Part shown: in pieces, positions 23,229 to 36,279 of the stretch | Layout: every line of letters begins with the position of its first letter | How positions within the stretch are numbered: the first letter of the stretch is position 1 | Source of the DNA: the human T2T-CHM13v2.0 reference genome, Homo sapiens | Assembly (NCBI RefSeq): GCF_009914755.1 | Contig: NC_060936.1 | Length of the DNA stretch: 64,000 nt | Reading direction: 5' to 3' (one strand) | Program-made: the position numbers and the translations under genes | The notes under the pieces: model-generated | Seen by the model: only the letters and a program-made list of their open reading frames with translations | What the model was told of the DNA's origin: nothing | The model's database searches: none

Positions 23229-26200
23229 AACTACCCAAAGATGGTAGAAATGGGGAGAAAAATACAGATACGAGAAATATTTAGCAGATATAATCACCAG
23301 AAGTTGATGACTGATTGGGTGTGGCTTGCAGAGTTGGGTGGTTTTGCAATACCACCATTTTCTGTGGTTGGTATTGTGGAATTGGAATGGTGTGTATGTG
23401 TGTCTGTATGTGTGCATATGTTTGGTGCTTGTGTGTGTGGCAGTTCTATCTTCTAGGAGGAAAGTTAAAATTCACAGTGTACTTTTGCTGGAAAATGGCT
23501 TTTGTGAGCCTTGGCGTGTGGCTATCATTATGTGCCCAAACACATGGAATCATTTTCATTATTTCTTCATAACTTCAGAAAGTGTGAGTTGCATTTATTT
23601 TTCATATTTATTAAATAAAGTGCAAACAGGGAAGAAGGTTTTGATTCACTGTATCTGTGCTCAGTCTGAATATCTGATCTATCTTAACACACTTTCTGTT
23701 TAGTCCCAGAGGATTTGATAGGGGAATAGTTTCGCATTTAAGTGAAACTGAGGCTCTCTTCCTCTATCTCCTTCTCTGAAACCAACCGGGAGATGGTTTC
23801 CTGAACTGGAAGAATCTCACTCTCCAACTTGGTGATTTATGATTCTGTTAGCTGTATCTGTTTATTTTGCTTGCAGCCAATCATGTTGGTTTTAAAGAAA
23901 TATAAGTGCAGCAAGGGAGGAAACACTGGAATGGCAGAGGAAGGAAGACTTTGGGAATGGTAAGGGTGAGAAGAATTTAGGAAAACATAAGCTCATCTGG
24001 ATCTGAGGAGAAAAAAAAGGCTGCCCAAATTCAAAGACCACAAGAGTGAAAAAGTAAAGGGCGGTGGGGGTGGGGGTAGGGGGGAGATGGAGGAGTAAGT
24101 TGTGCAAAACCTTGTTGAACCAGGCCTGAATCCAGTCCAAACTGACCCCTGATCTCATCCAAGTACTGTCCGGCCCCTTTACAGTTTGTAAGATTTGATG
24201 GAACCACAGGCCGAAGTGGTGTGGCCAGAGGCCATCGGCCTTGGGGAAGCATCTTGCCAGTGGGGAGATGTGGGAAGACGGAGTGCCAAGCTGGCCAGAC
24301 GCTGGTGTCTAATGCTATGTAATGAAGGCTAAGTGACAGACGGATATCCACTTAACTGCTGATTCCATCTCTCCCCACCCTGTTATCATCCTTAGCCTGC
24401 TTTGTAAAAGGCACATTTTTGCCAGAAAATGTATTTTAGGTCACTTGATTTTTTTTTTTGTTTGTTTGTTTTTGGTCATTAAACAACTTTCTTTTCCCCC
24501 GGACTGATGTCAACCTAAAGTCTTGAGACGGTGCCATTTCAGAGCCGTCCATGTAGTCATTCTCTGGAGATTTCAGATGGCATTTGGGAAAACTGCCAAG
24601 ATGATGTATTGACTCTGAAGACAAGCAGGGAATTTCCACACAGAGAACCGTCTGAAGCCAAAGTGACTTACGGATTGTGTGTGTGTCACATTGCAGAGGG
24701 ACTGGACTCAAGTGGCCTATCTGTATAATCACTTGTCTCTATTTGTGAGTGAGCTGGTGTTGCACTTGTTCCAATCAGCTTGGCATCTGCATTTTTGCTT
24801 GTGGGAATTCAATAAATCCTCAGCCATTGGGGTGAGAGATTGAAGAGTTCCAAGAAGTACAGGAAGCAATTGGTAGCTAAGAGGCTAAAAATTAGAAATA
24901 AATCCCTTCTTACGAACTCACTGTTTTAGGAGTAAGAATCTCTCTTTCCTAAAAACAAAATAGAAAGCAAACTCCTCTTGGGATGTTTATTACTTATTTA
25001 TAAACTTTTAAACATTACAACTTTGTCTAACCTATATAAACCCAATCAAAATAGAGGAGGACTTTGGATATTCATATGTAGTTGTGGGGTAACTCAACGC
25101 TGTGTTGGAAGAAACAGAAATAGATAATGTCTTGGGAGTGGGAGCCTGACTGGGTGGTGGGTTCTCTTGAGAGCCCGCAGTCTTATTTGCCATCACAGAG
25201 GAAAAAAAACCGCATTTCAGTAAGCAGGGCAGAGCTCCTTCTTCAGTAAGGCAAATGACTGGGATACTTCTTCTGATTAATAAAGCTCTTGAGCCCTAGG
25301 TTAAGGAAGCTTCCTTTGCCACCATGTTGCACTCTGCCACCCTGAACCTTTATCCTGTCTTTGGCCTTCCCTCTACTCCACTGTCCCCTTCTCTTTCTTC
25401 TTCCTATAAATGTTTATTGAGTATCTATTATGTGTCCACACTAAGTAGGTACAGGGAATACGGCTATGAATCAGGTAACAATGCTTTTATAAAACTCACT
25501 ATTTACACTTCTGGAATTTTCTTCATATGTTCTTAATCCTTAAAAATGTCCTGTATTCAATAAGTTCTTCTAATTAGATTACTAGTTCTTTGAGGATCAG
25601 TATTCTTTTTTTTTGTACAAATGTATCCGAAGTAAGTGTTACAAAAATAATAACTGTTAAAATAAAGCTGATGCTTCTCCTAAAATACAAATTTAAGCTC
25701 TATGGAAAGTTGATTATAAGTATGCATTGCTGTCAAGTGAAAAAAGGAATTGTTATCTAGTGCTATATTCTAATATGCCTTCTTTTCAATGGACATGTTT
25801 TGAGTAGTTTCCAAAATCCTTGGAGGACTGTCCAAGGAGTTTTGTATGTGAGTGTTTATGTTTAAGGGGCTCCAACAGCAAAGGTTGTTGCCCCCAAGGG
25901 GAGCTTTCCAAGAAGAATCCTCCATCTTGGAGAGAGGAAAGCATAATTTTTGGGCAACACCCTGTCTATTTTAAATCACTGGAGAGGGGAAAAATATTTG
26001 TCTCCAAGACTGTAATTTTCCAGATGACGCCATATTGTTGCACAGTTGCCATACCATGAGAAAGAGCATTCTTGTGGTTTCTTCACTGGAAATCCTGTAG
26101 GAAAGCTATTTCTGGCATCTTTTCCTAATGAAGCCCAGTGAGTATGGGGAACAGACTGGCCAACCAGATATAGTTTGTGGTCTCTCAGCATTTTAGAAAA

Positions 26201-26796
26201 GTCCCTTCAACACAGCATTTTTCAAAGGACTTCTCAGTGTATGAGGTGTTGAGTGGGGTGGATGATGAGGAGTAGGGTGAAATATTAGTCCAGATCAAAT
26301 CCCAAAGCAGTGGTCTGGTCAGACATCCGGACTTTCATGTGATTATTCTCTCATAAAAATAATTTTGAATCTCCAATTTTGTCTTTTAGTACATGGTGTA
26401 AGTATCTCTTTTCAAAATTAAATTTTGATAGCTAAGGACCACAACTAAGTATGCATTTGAATAAAAATAAGAGTAACTGGATGAGTAGACTGATATTCAA
26501 TAGCAGCTTTTCAGATGGAGTTTGGTTCCTGTGAAAATCTACTTTCTTAATCTGAACTGAATGCCCTGTTTAAGGATGTTTGTAAAAAAAAAATTGTACA
26601 GAACACTTTTTTTGAAATAGGAAAATTATAATGGTTTTAAAAACTCTGGCAACATTTTGCCCAGGTAACATTTTTCTCTTTAACTTAAAAAGTTACCTTA
26701 CTATACCACCTTTGAATAGCAAATTCCAGAAATACTTCCAAATTGTATGCAGCCCTTCTCCTCTAGGCTGTAGACATTTATGAAGAAGGTACAATA

Positions 26797-27110
26797 GGCC
26801 AGGTATGGTGGCTCGTGCCTGTTCAGCACTTTGGGAGGCCGAGGTGGGTGGATCAGTTGTGGTCAGGAGTTCGAGACCAGCTTGGCCAACACTGTGAAAC
26901 TCTGTCTCCACTAAAACACAGAAATTAGCTGGGTGTGGTGCTGTGAGCCTGTAATTCCAGCTACTTGGGAGGCTGAGGCATGAGAATCACTTCAACCCAG
27001 GAGGCGGAGGTTGCAGTGAGCCGAGATCACACTAATATACTCCAGCCTGGGTGATAAAGAGAGACTCCATCTTAAAAAAAAAAAAAAAAAAGAAAAGAGA
27101 AGAAAAAAAA
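26797..27110 (+). mobile_element. AluS
   Basis: Full dimer with A-rich tail; TSD AGGTACAATA. Confidence 0.95.
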
Positions 27111-30084
27111 GAGGTACAATAGACTTAAAGGGCTGTTTAATGTCTAAATATAGAAATTATTTTGTAGACAAAACTATTAGAATTAGGAAACGTCTCCTAG
27201 GCGTTTCTGACATGAGAGTGTGGAACTGAATTGATCTAACCCAGTAACTGAATTACAAATGGGTTAAGCCTCATTCATAGCAGTCTACGTGTCTTTTTGC
27301 CAAGTGTGCTTCGAATACAACTTCTCTCATCTCTCTCTCTTTCTTTTTCTTTTTTCTCTGGCAGTTTCAATAGCAGAAAAATAGGAACAACCTCACGCGC
27401 AGGCCCCAAACTTGGTCTTCCTCTCCTGTCCTGCTTGGGGCTGCTGCGGATAGGTTGAGGAGATAATAAGGTTGGCCCCAAGGGGCGGGTGTGGAGATAC
27501 CATATGGCTTCTCTGGCAGTTACTGGGAGCAGTGTTGACAGGCCTGGGAGCAAGCCGAGGCTGCGTCTCCAGTGCCAGCAGGAGGATGGCGGTGACTGAT
27601 GCAAAGCTCTGAACGGCAGGAGTGAAGCAGGGAGCCCTGAGAGGCCCACGTCTCTGGAAAGTCTGCACCTCATGTCCGGTTAAACTTTTCAAGAAAATAA
27701 CCTTGCAATGGAAAAATTCCTCTCTTTGTACTGAGGGATGGCCTCTTTTAGGCAATTCTTTAAACATAAGAAAAGGTTTATTGTTTTTATTAGTATAACT
27801 AATGTAAGAAATTGTAAATGCTAGACTAGGAAGACATCCATTGTTGAATCATAACTTTTACTAGGTTGATGGAAGAGAGAGGACGTGTACAGCTAGCTCC
27901 TGGTTATCATTTGAAAAACCTTCCCTGGACTTTTAAGAGAGAGAGAGAAAATATTTCTGGAGATGTCTATAGCTATGGGGAGAAAGATAGTACAATGAAA
28001 AGTAAAGGTGTTAAGAATGTTCTTAAGTAACATTGAATAACATCTTAGGGGAAAATGGAGCTTGGGGATGTACTTTTCAATTTTCATGAGTTAAGAAAGC
28101 AACAACTATTTTTGAGAAATGATTAGTGATTATGCACAGGCAAGAAGGAGGATCCACCTTGAAGCTCTGAGGCAGGCTACTGGTCTGCTACATTATGATG
28201 GGGTGACAAGAGGAGTTTGTCAGCACCTGCATTTTCTTCAGGAAGAAAGTGGCTCTTAGGATGACCGTAGGCAGAAGGAGGTTAGAAGCCTGCCCTTCTG
28301 ATGCCATGGCCGGGCTCCAGCACTTCAGAGAGCCAGTGGGAAGGAGAGAAGATGTAAGGAGACTTTCAATGGGAATATTTTGGTTCCCTCAAGGGCTTCT
28401 CAGGGTCACACACTACAGTCCATCCAATCTGTGGGCCACGAAAGATAATTTGTTCCACCCTATTTTCATTGTGTCACACTTTCAACCCATTCTGCTTCTT
28501 GCCTGGGTTCCTATAAACCTAGAAGACAGATTCTCATAGAAACCCGAGAGACAGGCAGCAAGCGAAGAGGCGGAGGTGATGGTGTTTAGAATCCTCATCA
28601 GATTCCTTCCAGCCTGCATCCCATTTCCTTTTGGGTTGGCCTGTTTCCTTCAATATCCTGGACAATATAATTATCCACATGGATTGTCAGAAAGCAATGA
28701 CAGACTTTGATAAAAGTATCATTTCAATTAAAGTCACAGGAAGAAAAATAAGAGACGATCACAATTATAAGTCATCTGTTAGCCAGCTGGATACATATAT
28801 TGTGCTATCTCTGCCGGCTGGCCATTCAAAGAGTTTTTAAGGATTAACAAGGAGAGTTAGTGAGAAGATCTGTGGTCACAGAGGAATTTGCTACATATCT
28901 TGTGGGCTTTTCTGGCACCAGATTTGTTTTAGGGGAAAATGTGAGACTGGATTAATGCCACTTGCGAATCTTGATACCTTGATCTCAGCTACATCTACAG
29001 GCCTGAATTGAAACCTATGTTGGATTGGATGGTGCTTCTGATGAGGTTTGACGAAAATATTATGAAAAATGGAAGAAAAAGTACAACTTAATGATAGAGA
29101 ATTGGCCTCTGAATTTCCGTTTCACCCCTCAAAGTGGAAAAACTAAGTACAATAGATAATGATCTTTTTGTAGTTTGTGGAAGCAAGGTTGTGAAAGTGT
29201 TTTTACTCATTGAGGTTCTCAGGCTTGATGCGAAGATTTAAAAATTTATAATCAGAAAAACAATGAAAACTGTATGTTTCATAGATAATCCTTGATTTTT
29301 AGAAGTATAGATGTGGTCTTGGGGCATATGATATTTTCTTGAAACTACTAAATAACCTTCCAGGAAAGAATCATCTCTTTCTGGGAAGGCCTGCATTGAA
29401 TAATGTTTTGACACGAGTAGATCAATCTGTTAAGATTTAATAACTTTTGCTCATTTAACAAGCCAGGGCAAACAAAAAATGGCAAATTAGGCAGAGTTGA
29501 AATTATGCAAATTATAAGAGTTAAAAAGTACTCCCTTTTTGTACCCATGCATTGATTTTTCTCATCCGGGGGCTGATGTGTTTATTTCCAAACAAAATGA
29601 TTTGATTCATTTTATTAATTAAACTTATAAAAAACCTCCAACATTAAAAAATTCAGCTTTCCCATGCGACCCTTCACAAGCTGAAGAATATGCAAGGATT
29701 TAATTATAGTGGACTGGGGGGAAATCAAGCCCTTTTTTTGTTATGGTACAATTAAGTACCTGTCAAACTCAGGCAACCCTTAATTTTCCTTGAGTGAAAG
29801 CAGTTGATGAATATAAAACTAATCCTACCCTTAAGGCTTTCTTTTTTGAAAGCCATATAATTAGAAATAAAGGTTCATCCAAACTTAAAAGGCTTTTTTC
29901 TTTTTTCCTGGAAACATTTTTCACTTTGACAAAAGCGGTAAGATTTTGTACTTAGTGTTGTTGGATAGAGCAGTACCAGTTTTCACTAGCACAGAAGTAC
30001 TTGAAATCACAGCTCCATATATGCCTTGTGTGTAGAGCTGTGATTGCAAGAGATGGAAGGGGACGTATGTGCAATTGCTATCCA

Positions 30085-30240
30085 TGACCTTACTGCTCAA
30101 ATTGTATTCCAGGGACCAGCAACATGGACTCACCTGGGGGTTTGTTAGAAAAGCAGAATTTTCAGTCCTGCCCAGATCCCTTGAAATTTGTTAAGAACCC
30201 CAGAACTCGAATGCACACTAATGCTAAAGAAACACTGGTT
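30085..30240. mobile_element. MER5A-like hAT relic
   Basis: GGACCAGCAAC...CACCTGGG...TTGTTAGAAAAGCAGAATT...GAAACACTGG. Confidence 0.65.
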
Positions 30241-31013
30241 TATAAAACTGATCAGTTTGTTGTAGAACAGGTGAACTTTAAAGTAAATAATAAGTTGACC
30301 CTGTTCTTAGGGGAAGAAAAGATTGTGAATTAAAGAGCAGTCAGTTTTATTTCTTGGATCATAAAATCCAGGCAATTAGTGTTACCAGAAGAATTTTTTT
30401 GAAGCTTGTTCTTACCTCCAGGAGATCCCATGAGAAATAGCTTTATCTTAAATTCTGAAATATCTCATTATTTTCCAATCTGGTCCATAAAGGCAGATCT
30501 AGCTTTTGGTTATTTTTGTTCACACAAAATGTAATTTCCGTACAAAAATGTCAGGTCGAAAGTAGCCACTCAGTAAGTATTTTTTAAAAAATGAATCAAC
30601 AAATATATTCAGGCCATAGCTAGTTTTATAAAATGAAATCCATATAAGACACTCAGTCCTTGACTCCTCCTCTCTTCCTTGGGCTACCAAAACATTTGCA
30701 AATACTTCCACCATGGTGCCTATTGGTTTGTGATAATTTATCTCTTTTCCTCCCACTATACTGTCAGTTATCTGAGGGTGTTTTTGTTTCCTAGAGTCTT
30801 GTACAGGGCTGGGAATGTTTGGGTACTCAATGATGTGTTTTTTTAATTGCAGGAATATATATAATATAAAAATTATCATTTTTCCATTTTCAAGTGTATA
30901 GTTCAGTGACATTAAGTACATTCGCATTGTTCTGCAACCATTGTCACCATCCATCCACAGAACTTTTTCATCTTGCAAAGCTGAAGCTCTATGCTTATTA
31001 AACAGTAACTCCC

Positions 31014-32591
31014 TCTCCCCCTCCCCCTCCCCCTCTCCCTCTCCCTCTCCGTCTCCCTCCGGTCTCCCTCTCCCTCTCCCCACGGTCTCCCTCTGATGCC
31101 GAGCCGAAGCTGGACTGTACTGCTGCCATCTCGGCTCACTGCAACCTCCCTGCCTGATTCTCCTGCCTCAGCCTGCCTAGTGCCTGCTATTGCAGGCGCG
31201 CGCCGCCACACCTGACTGGTTTTCGTATTTTTTTGGTGGAGTCGGGGTTTCGCTGTGTTGGCCGGGCTGGTCTCCAGCTCCTAACCTCGAGTGATCCGCC
31301 AGCCTTGGCCTCCTGAGGTGCTGGGATTGCAGACGGAGTCTGGTTCACTCAGTGCTCAATGGTGCCCAGGCTGGAGTGCAGTGGCGTGATCTCGGCTTGC
31401 TACAACCTCCACCTCCCAGCCGCCTGCCTTGGCCTCCCAAAGTGCCCAGATTGCAGCCTCTGCCCGGCCGCCACCCCGTCTGGGAAGTGAGGAGCGTCTC
31501 TGCCTGGCCGCCCATCGTCTGGGATGTGAGGAGCCCCTCTGCCTGGCTGCCCAGTCTGGAAAGTGAGGAGCGTCTCTGCCCGGCCGCCATCCCATCTAGG
31601 AAGTGAGGAGCGCCTCTTCCCGGCCGCCATCCCATCTAGGAAGTGAGGAGCGTCTCTGCCGGGCCGCCCATCATCTGAGATGTGGGGAGCGCCTCTGCCC
31701 CGCCGCCCCGTCTGGGATGTGAGGAGCGTCTCTACCCGGCCGCGACCCCGTCTGGGAGGTGAGGAGCGTCTCTGCCCGGCCGCCCCGTCTGAGAAGTGAG
31801 GAGACCCTCCGCCTGGCAACCGCCCCGTCTGAGAAGTGAGGAGCCCCTCCGCCCAGCAGCCGCCCCGTCTGAGAAGTGAGGAGCCCCTCCGCCCGGCAGC
31901 CACCCCGTCTGGGAAGTGAGGAGCGTCTCCGCCCGGCAGCCACCCCGTCCGGGAGGGAGGTGGGGGTTAGCCCCCGCCAGGCCAGCCGCCCCGTCCGGGA
32001 GGTGAGGGGCGCCTCTGCCCGGCCACCCCTACTGGGAAGTGAGGAGCCCCTCTGCCCGGCCACCACTCCGTCTGGGAGATGTACCCAACAGCTCATTGAG
32101 AACGGGCCAGGATGACAATGGCGGTTTTGTGGAATAGAAGCGGGGGAAAGGTGGGGAAAAGTTTGAGAAATCGGATGGTTGACGTGTCTGTGTAGACAGA
32201 GGTAGACATGGGAGACTTTTCATTTTGCTCTGTACTAAGAAAAATTCTTATCCTGTTTATCTGTGACCTTACCCCCAACCCGGTGCTCTCTGAAACATGT
32301 GCTGTGTCCACTCAGGGTTAAATGGATTAAGGGCGGTGCAAGATGTGCTTTGTTAAACAGATGCTTGAAGGCAGCATGCTCGTTAAGAGTCATCACCACT
32401 CCCTAATCTCAAGTACCCAGGGACACAAACACTGCGGAAGGCCGCAGGGTCCTCTGCCTAGGAAAACCAGAGACCTTTGTTCACTTGTTTATCTGCTGAC
32501 CTTCCCTCCACTATTGTCCTATGACCCTGCCAAATCCCCCTCTGCGAGAAACACCCAAGAATGAACAATAAAAAAACAAAAAAACAAAAAA
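31014..32591 (+). mobile_element. Full-length SVA retrotransposon (D-F group)
   Basis: CCCTCT hexamers, Alu-like domain, GC-rich VNTR ~31450-32080, SINE-R, AATAAA 32567-32572, A tail; perfect TSD AAACAGTAACTCCC at 31000-31013 and 32592-32605. Confidence 0.98.
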
Positions 32592-32866
32592 AAACAGTAA
32601 CTCCCCAGTCTCCCTTCTCCCAGTCCCTGGCAACCACCATTCTACATCTGTCTTCCCGAATTTGACTGCTCTAGGTATCTCATATACATTGAATCATATG
32701 GCATTTGTACTTTTGTGACCAGCTTATTTCCCTTAACAAAAGGTCCTCAAAGTTTATCCATGTTTTAGGATGTGTCAGAATTTCCCTTCTTTTTAAGGAT
32801 AATAATATTCCATTGTATGTATCCACCACATTTTATTTATTTGTTAGTCTGTAAATGGACGCTTGG

Positions 32867-33246
32867 TGTATTAGTCAATTCTTGCATTGCTATAAAAAAT
32901 ATCTGAGACAGGTTTAATTGGTTCATGGTTCTGCAGGCTGTACAGGAAGCATAGCAGGTTCCTGAAGCAGGAGGCTTCAGGAAACTTACAATCATGGCGG
33001 AAGGTGAAGGGGAAAGAGGCACATCTTACATGGCTGGAGTGGAGGAAAGAAAGAGAGTTGGGGAGGCGCCACACACTTTCAAATAACCAGATCTCACTAT
33101 CACAACACCAGCACCAAGGTGGATGGTGCTAAACCATTAGAAACCAACCCCATGACACAATCACCTCCCACCAGGCCCCACCTTGAACATTGGGGATTAC
33201 ATCTCAACATGAGATTTTTGTTGGGGCACAGATTCAAACTATATCA
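32867..33246 (-). mobile_element. MSTA-like MaLR solo LTR
   Basis: TGTATTAGTC...CAAACTATATCA; exact 5-bp TSD CTTGG (32862-32866, 33247-33251). Confidence 0.9.
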
Positions 33247-35464
33247 CTTGGGTTACTTTTATCTTTTGGCAATTGTGAATAACCCGGCTATGAACATGGA
33301 TGTGCAAACATCTATTTGAGTTGCTGCTTTCAATTCTTTTGGATATGTACCTAGAGTGGAATTCCTGGACAAGACAGTTTTATTTTTATTTCTTTGAGGA
33401 ATTATCATGCTGTTTTCCATAGCAGCTGTACCATTTTATATATGTACCAGCAGTGCACAGGAATTCTAATTTCTCTACATTCTTTTTAACACTTGTTATT
33501 TTCTCTCTGTGTGTATGTGTGTGTATTGTACTAGCCATCCAAATGAGTGTGAAGTGGTATCTCATAGTGGTTTTGATTTGCATTTTCCTGATGATTCATC
33601 ATTTTTGAGTATCTTTTCATGTAATTATTAATCATTTGTATGTCTTCCTTGGAGTAATAGCTGTTCACATCCTTTGCTCATTTTTTAATTGTCTCCTTTT
33701 ATCATTGAGTTGTGGGAGTTCTTTTTATATTCTGGATATTAACCCTTTATCAAATATATGATTTGCAAATATTTTCTCCCATTCCATGGGTTGCCTTTTT
33801 GCTCTGTTGATTGTGTCTTTTGATGCACAGAAGTTTTAAATTTTGATGTATCCAATTTATTTTTCTTTTGTTATCTGTGCTTTTGGTGTCATACATGAGA
33901 AATCACTGTGAAATTCAATGTCATGAAGCTTTCCCCCTGTGTTTTCTTCTAAGAGTCTGGTAGTTTTACATCTTACACCTAAGTCTGATTCATTTTGACT
34001 TAATTTTTTTTATATGTTATAAGGTAAGGGTTCAATATTATTCTTCTGAATGGGGATACCTAGTTTTCCCAGTACCATTTATTGAAAAGACTAAATTGAA
34101 TGGTCTTGGCACCTGTGTCAAAAATCATTTGACCATGTCATGTGGGTTTATTTCTGGGTCTCAATTCTGTTCCATTGGTCTATATGTCTGTCTTTATGTC
34201 AGTACCACATTGTTTGATAACTTTGTATTAAGTTTTGAAAAACTTTGTAGTAAGTGAGTTTGGAAGTGTGAGACCTCTAACTTTATTCTTTTTCTGGATT
34301 GTTTTGGCTATTTGGGGTCCTTTTGAGATGCTATATGAATTGTTGGATGAGTTTTTCTATCTCTTTAGAAAACTTTGGGGTTTTCATAGGTCAGCAGTGT
34401 TTTTGAATGCATAAATGAATAAACAAAAGGATAAAATTTAAAAGCTAACTTATGCCTAAGTTATGGAAAGCATGTTAACTACAAAAATCCTTAATGATGT
34501 CCTAGGGATGGGAAATTTCTCCAATAAAGAGATACCTTTTTTTACTATATGTAAAATTTTGTTTGCTTTTATGTATTTTCCTATTTATATTCTTCAAAAG
34601 GATTTGATGCAAGTTACAATTAAATGAAAAGAGAATAAAATTTAAGCAATTAAAAAGGTGGTAGAGGAGGGAATATGAAGTTAGATGAGAGAAAGGAACA
34701 GCCTCTGTCTTTTGCGCATCAGCTTGGTTTTAAGCTTCCTGGAAACTGAGCAAAGAGAGAAACATGTTTTTTTCAGTGCTTACTATGGCCCAGGCACTGA
34801 ACTTGACTCCTAATGACATCCCTATCCAATAAGTATAGAATCAGGCTCTTTGTGTTTTCCAATCAAGGATGCAGTGCCCTAGTGTGCATGGGGCTTGAGT
34901 CCCAGCTGCCACCTGCTTTGTGGTGCCCTTGCTTGGTACCTGTGTTGATATATCTGAATCCTGTCTCAGTAGCATAATTGGCCTTCTCCTTTTTCCACTC
35001 TTTCTGAGTTTCTACATTGGCACCCTAGTTACTCTTCCAAATCCAAATCTATCCGAAGGCCAGGCCTTGTCTTACTTTTGCTTTTCCTCACTCTAGGCCT
35101 ACAGCCCAGTTCCAGAATTCTAGCTCTTCGTGGACCCTATTATCTTTGGGCTGACATCCCCATGGATTTCTGCCCCATACTTGTCATCCCTGGCGAATAT
35201 AGCTTATTAGATATATTTCTATTCTTGGCTCCTTATGGTGACTGTTTATTTGCCTGAACTATGAGGGGTTCTAGGTCTCTTTACAGAAACCCTCCTGCCA
35301 GAGTTTATCCTCTTAGATGCTAGTCTTGCCCCTGTCTATCTTGCCTTGAGAAAACTGCTGTGGTTCATCAATGAGTTAAAAAAATGACAGAAGCATTTTG
35401 ACCTTTTTTTGTACTGGGTATCGATTAAAAACCCAAGGGATAATGCCAAATTGATTCCTGATGA

Positions 35465-35872
35465 CACAATTTGGGTTCTCCAGGAAGCAGAACCTGAGAC
35501 AGCGTAGTGCTGAGAATGTTTATTGGGTGTGTCCTTGAGATCAGCATCTGTGGACAGGAGGGGATGAAAGTGGGATTGGGCTGAGGGAGAAGTCAAACTG
35601 GGTGCAGGGCCAGTGACGAAGGCCAACCATCTTAAGTTCTAGAGTTAAAATGGTTTATGGAGAATGGCCAGGACTTTATCCCACTCCTCAATTGGTCATT
35701 GTTGTGAACTACTCTTGAAAGGTGGTGACATTGGGCCGGACTCTGGTCTGGGGCTGAGACAATCCCTGAAAAGTTAACAGCAGGAGGCTGTCTGCTGATA
35801 GTTCTCCCAGCAGCTGGGCAACAAGGCCTTCCTTGAAGGAGGAGCTGGGCAGTGTGTCTCTTGTCTACCACA
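35465..35872 (-). mobile_element. LTR16-family ERVL LTR
   Basis: TTTGGGTTCTCCAGGAAGCAGAACCTGAGAC...TTTATTGG; ends CTACCACA. Confidence 0.7.
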
Positions 35873-35944
35873 CTCTGGGAGCAACTGGGCCCATATTATA
35901 GGTAAAACCATAATTGGACTTTGCATAGAGATGAAGTTTAGATA

Positions 35945-36279
<335 letters not shown>

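Larger units (their letters stand above)
30838..34390 (-). mobile_element. L1MB-type element interrupted by SVA and MSTA
   Basis: AAGTGTATAGTTCAGTGACATTAAGTACATTC 3'UTR; continues at 32606-32866 and 33252-34390 ([12 protein letters not shown] fragment). Confidence 0.85.

Noticed and set aside
27275-27767. Two overlapping minus-strand ORFs (132 and 124 aa)
   Set aside because: No recognisable domain; one runs through the purine/pyrimidine tract (KKEKERERDER); explained by local GC content
30520-31083. Longest ORF (187 aa, minus strand, GEGEGE repeat)
   Set aside because: Starts at a GTG in the SVA hexamer head and reads through L1MB and L2-like relics; a chimeric chance frame
31450-32080. 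Regularly spaced repeats that could suggest a CRISPR array
   Set aside because: Primate DNA; the units are SVA VNTR monomers without unique spacers
31345-32115. Several overlapping Arg/Gly-rich ORFs
   Set aside because: Produced by the stop-poor GC-rich SVA VNTR and Alu-like domain
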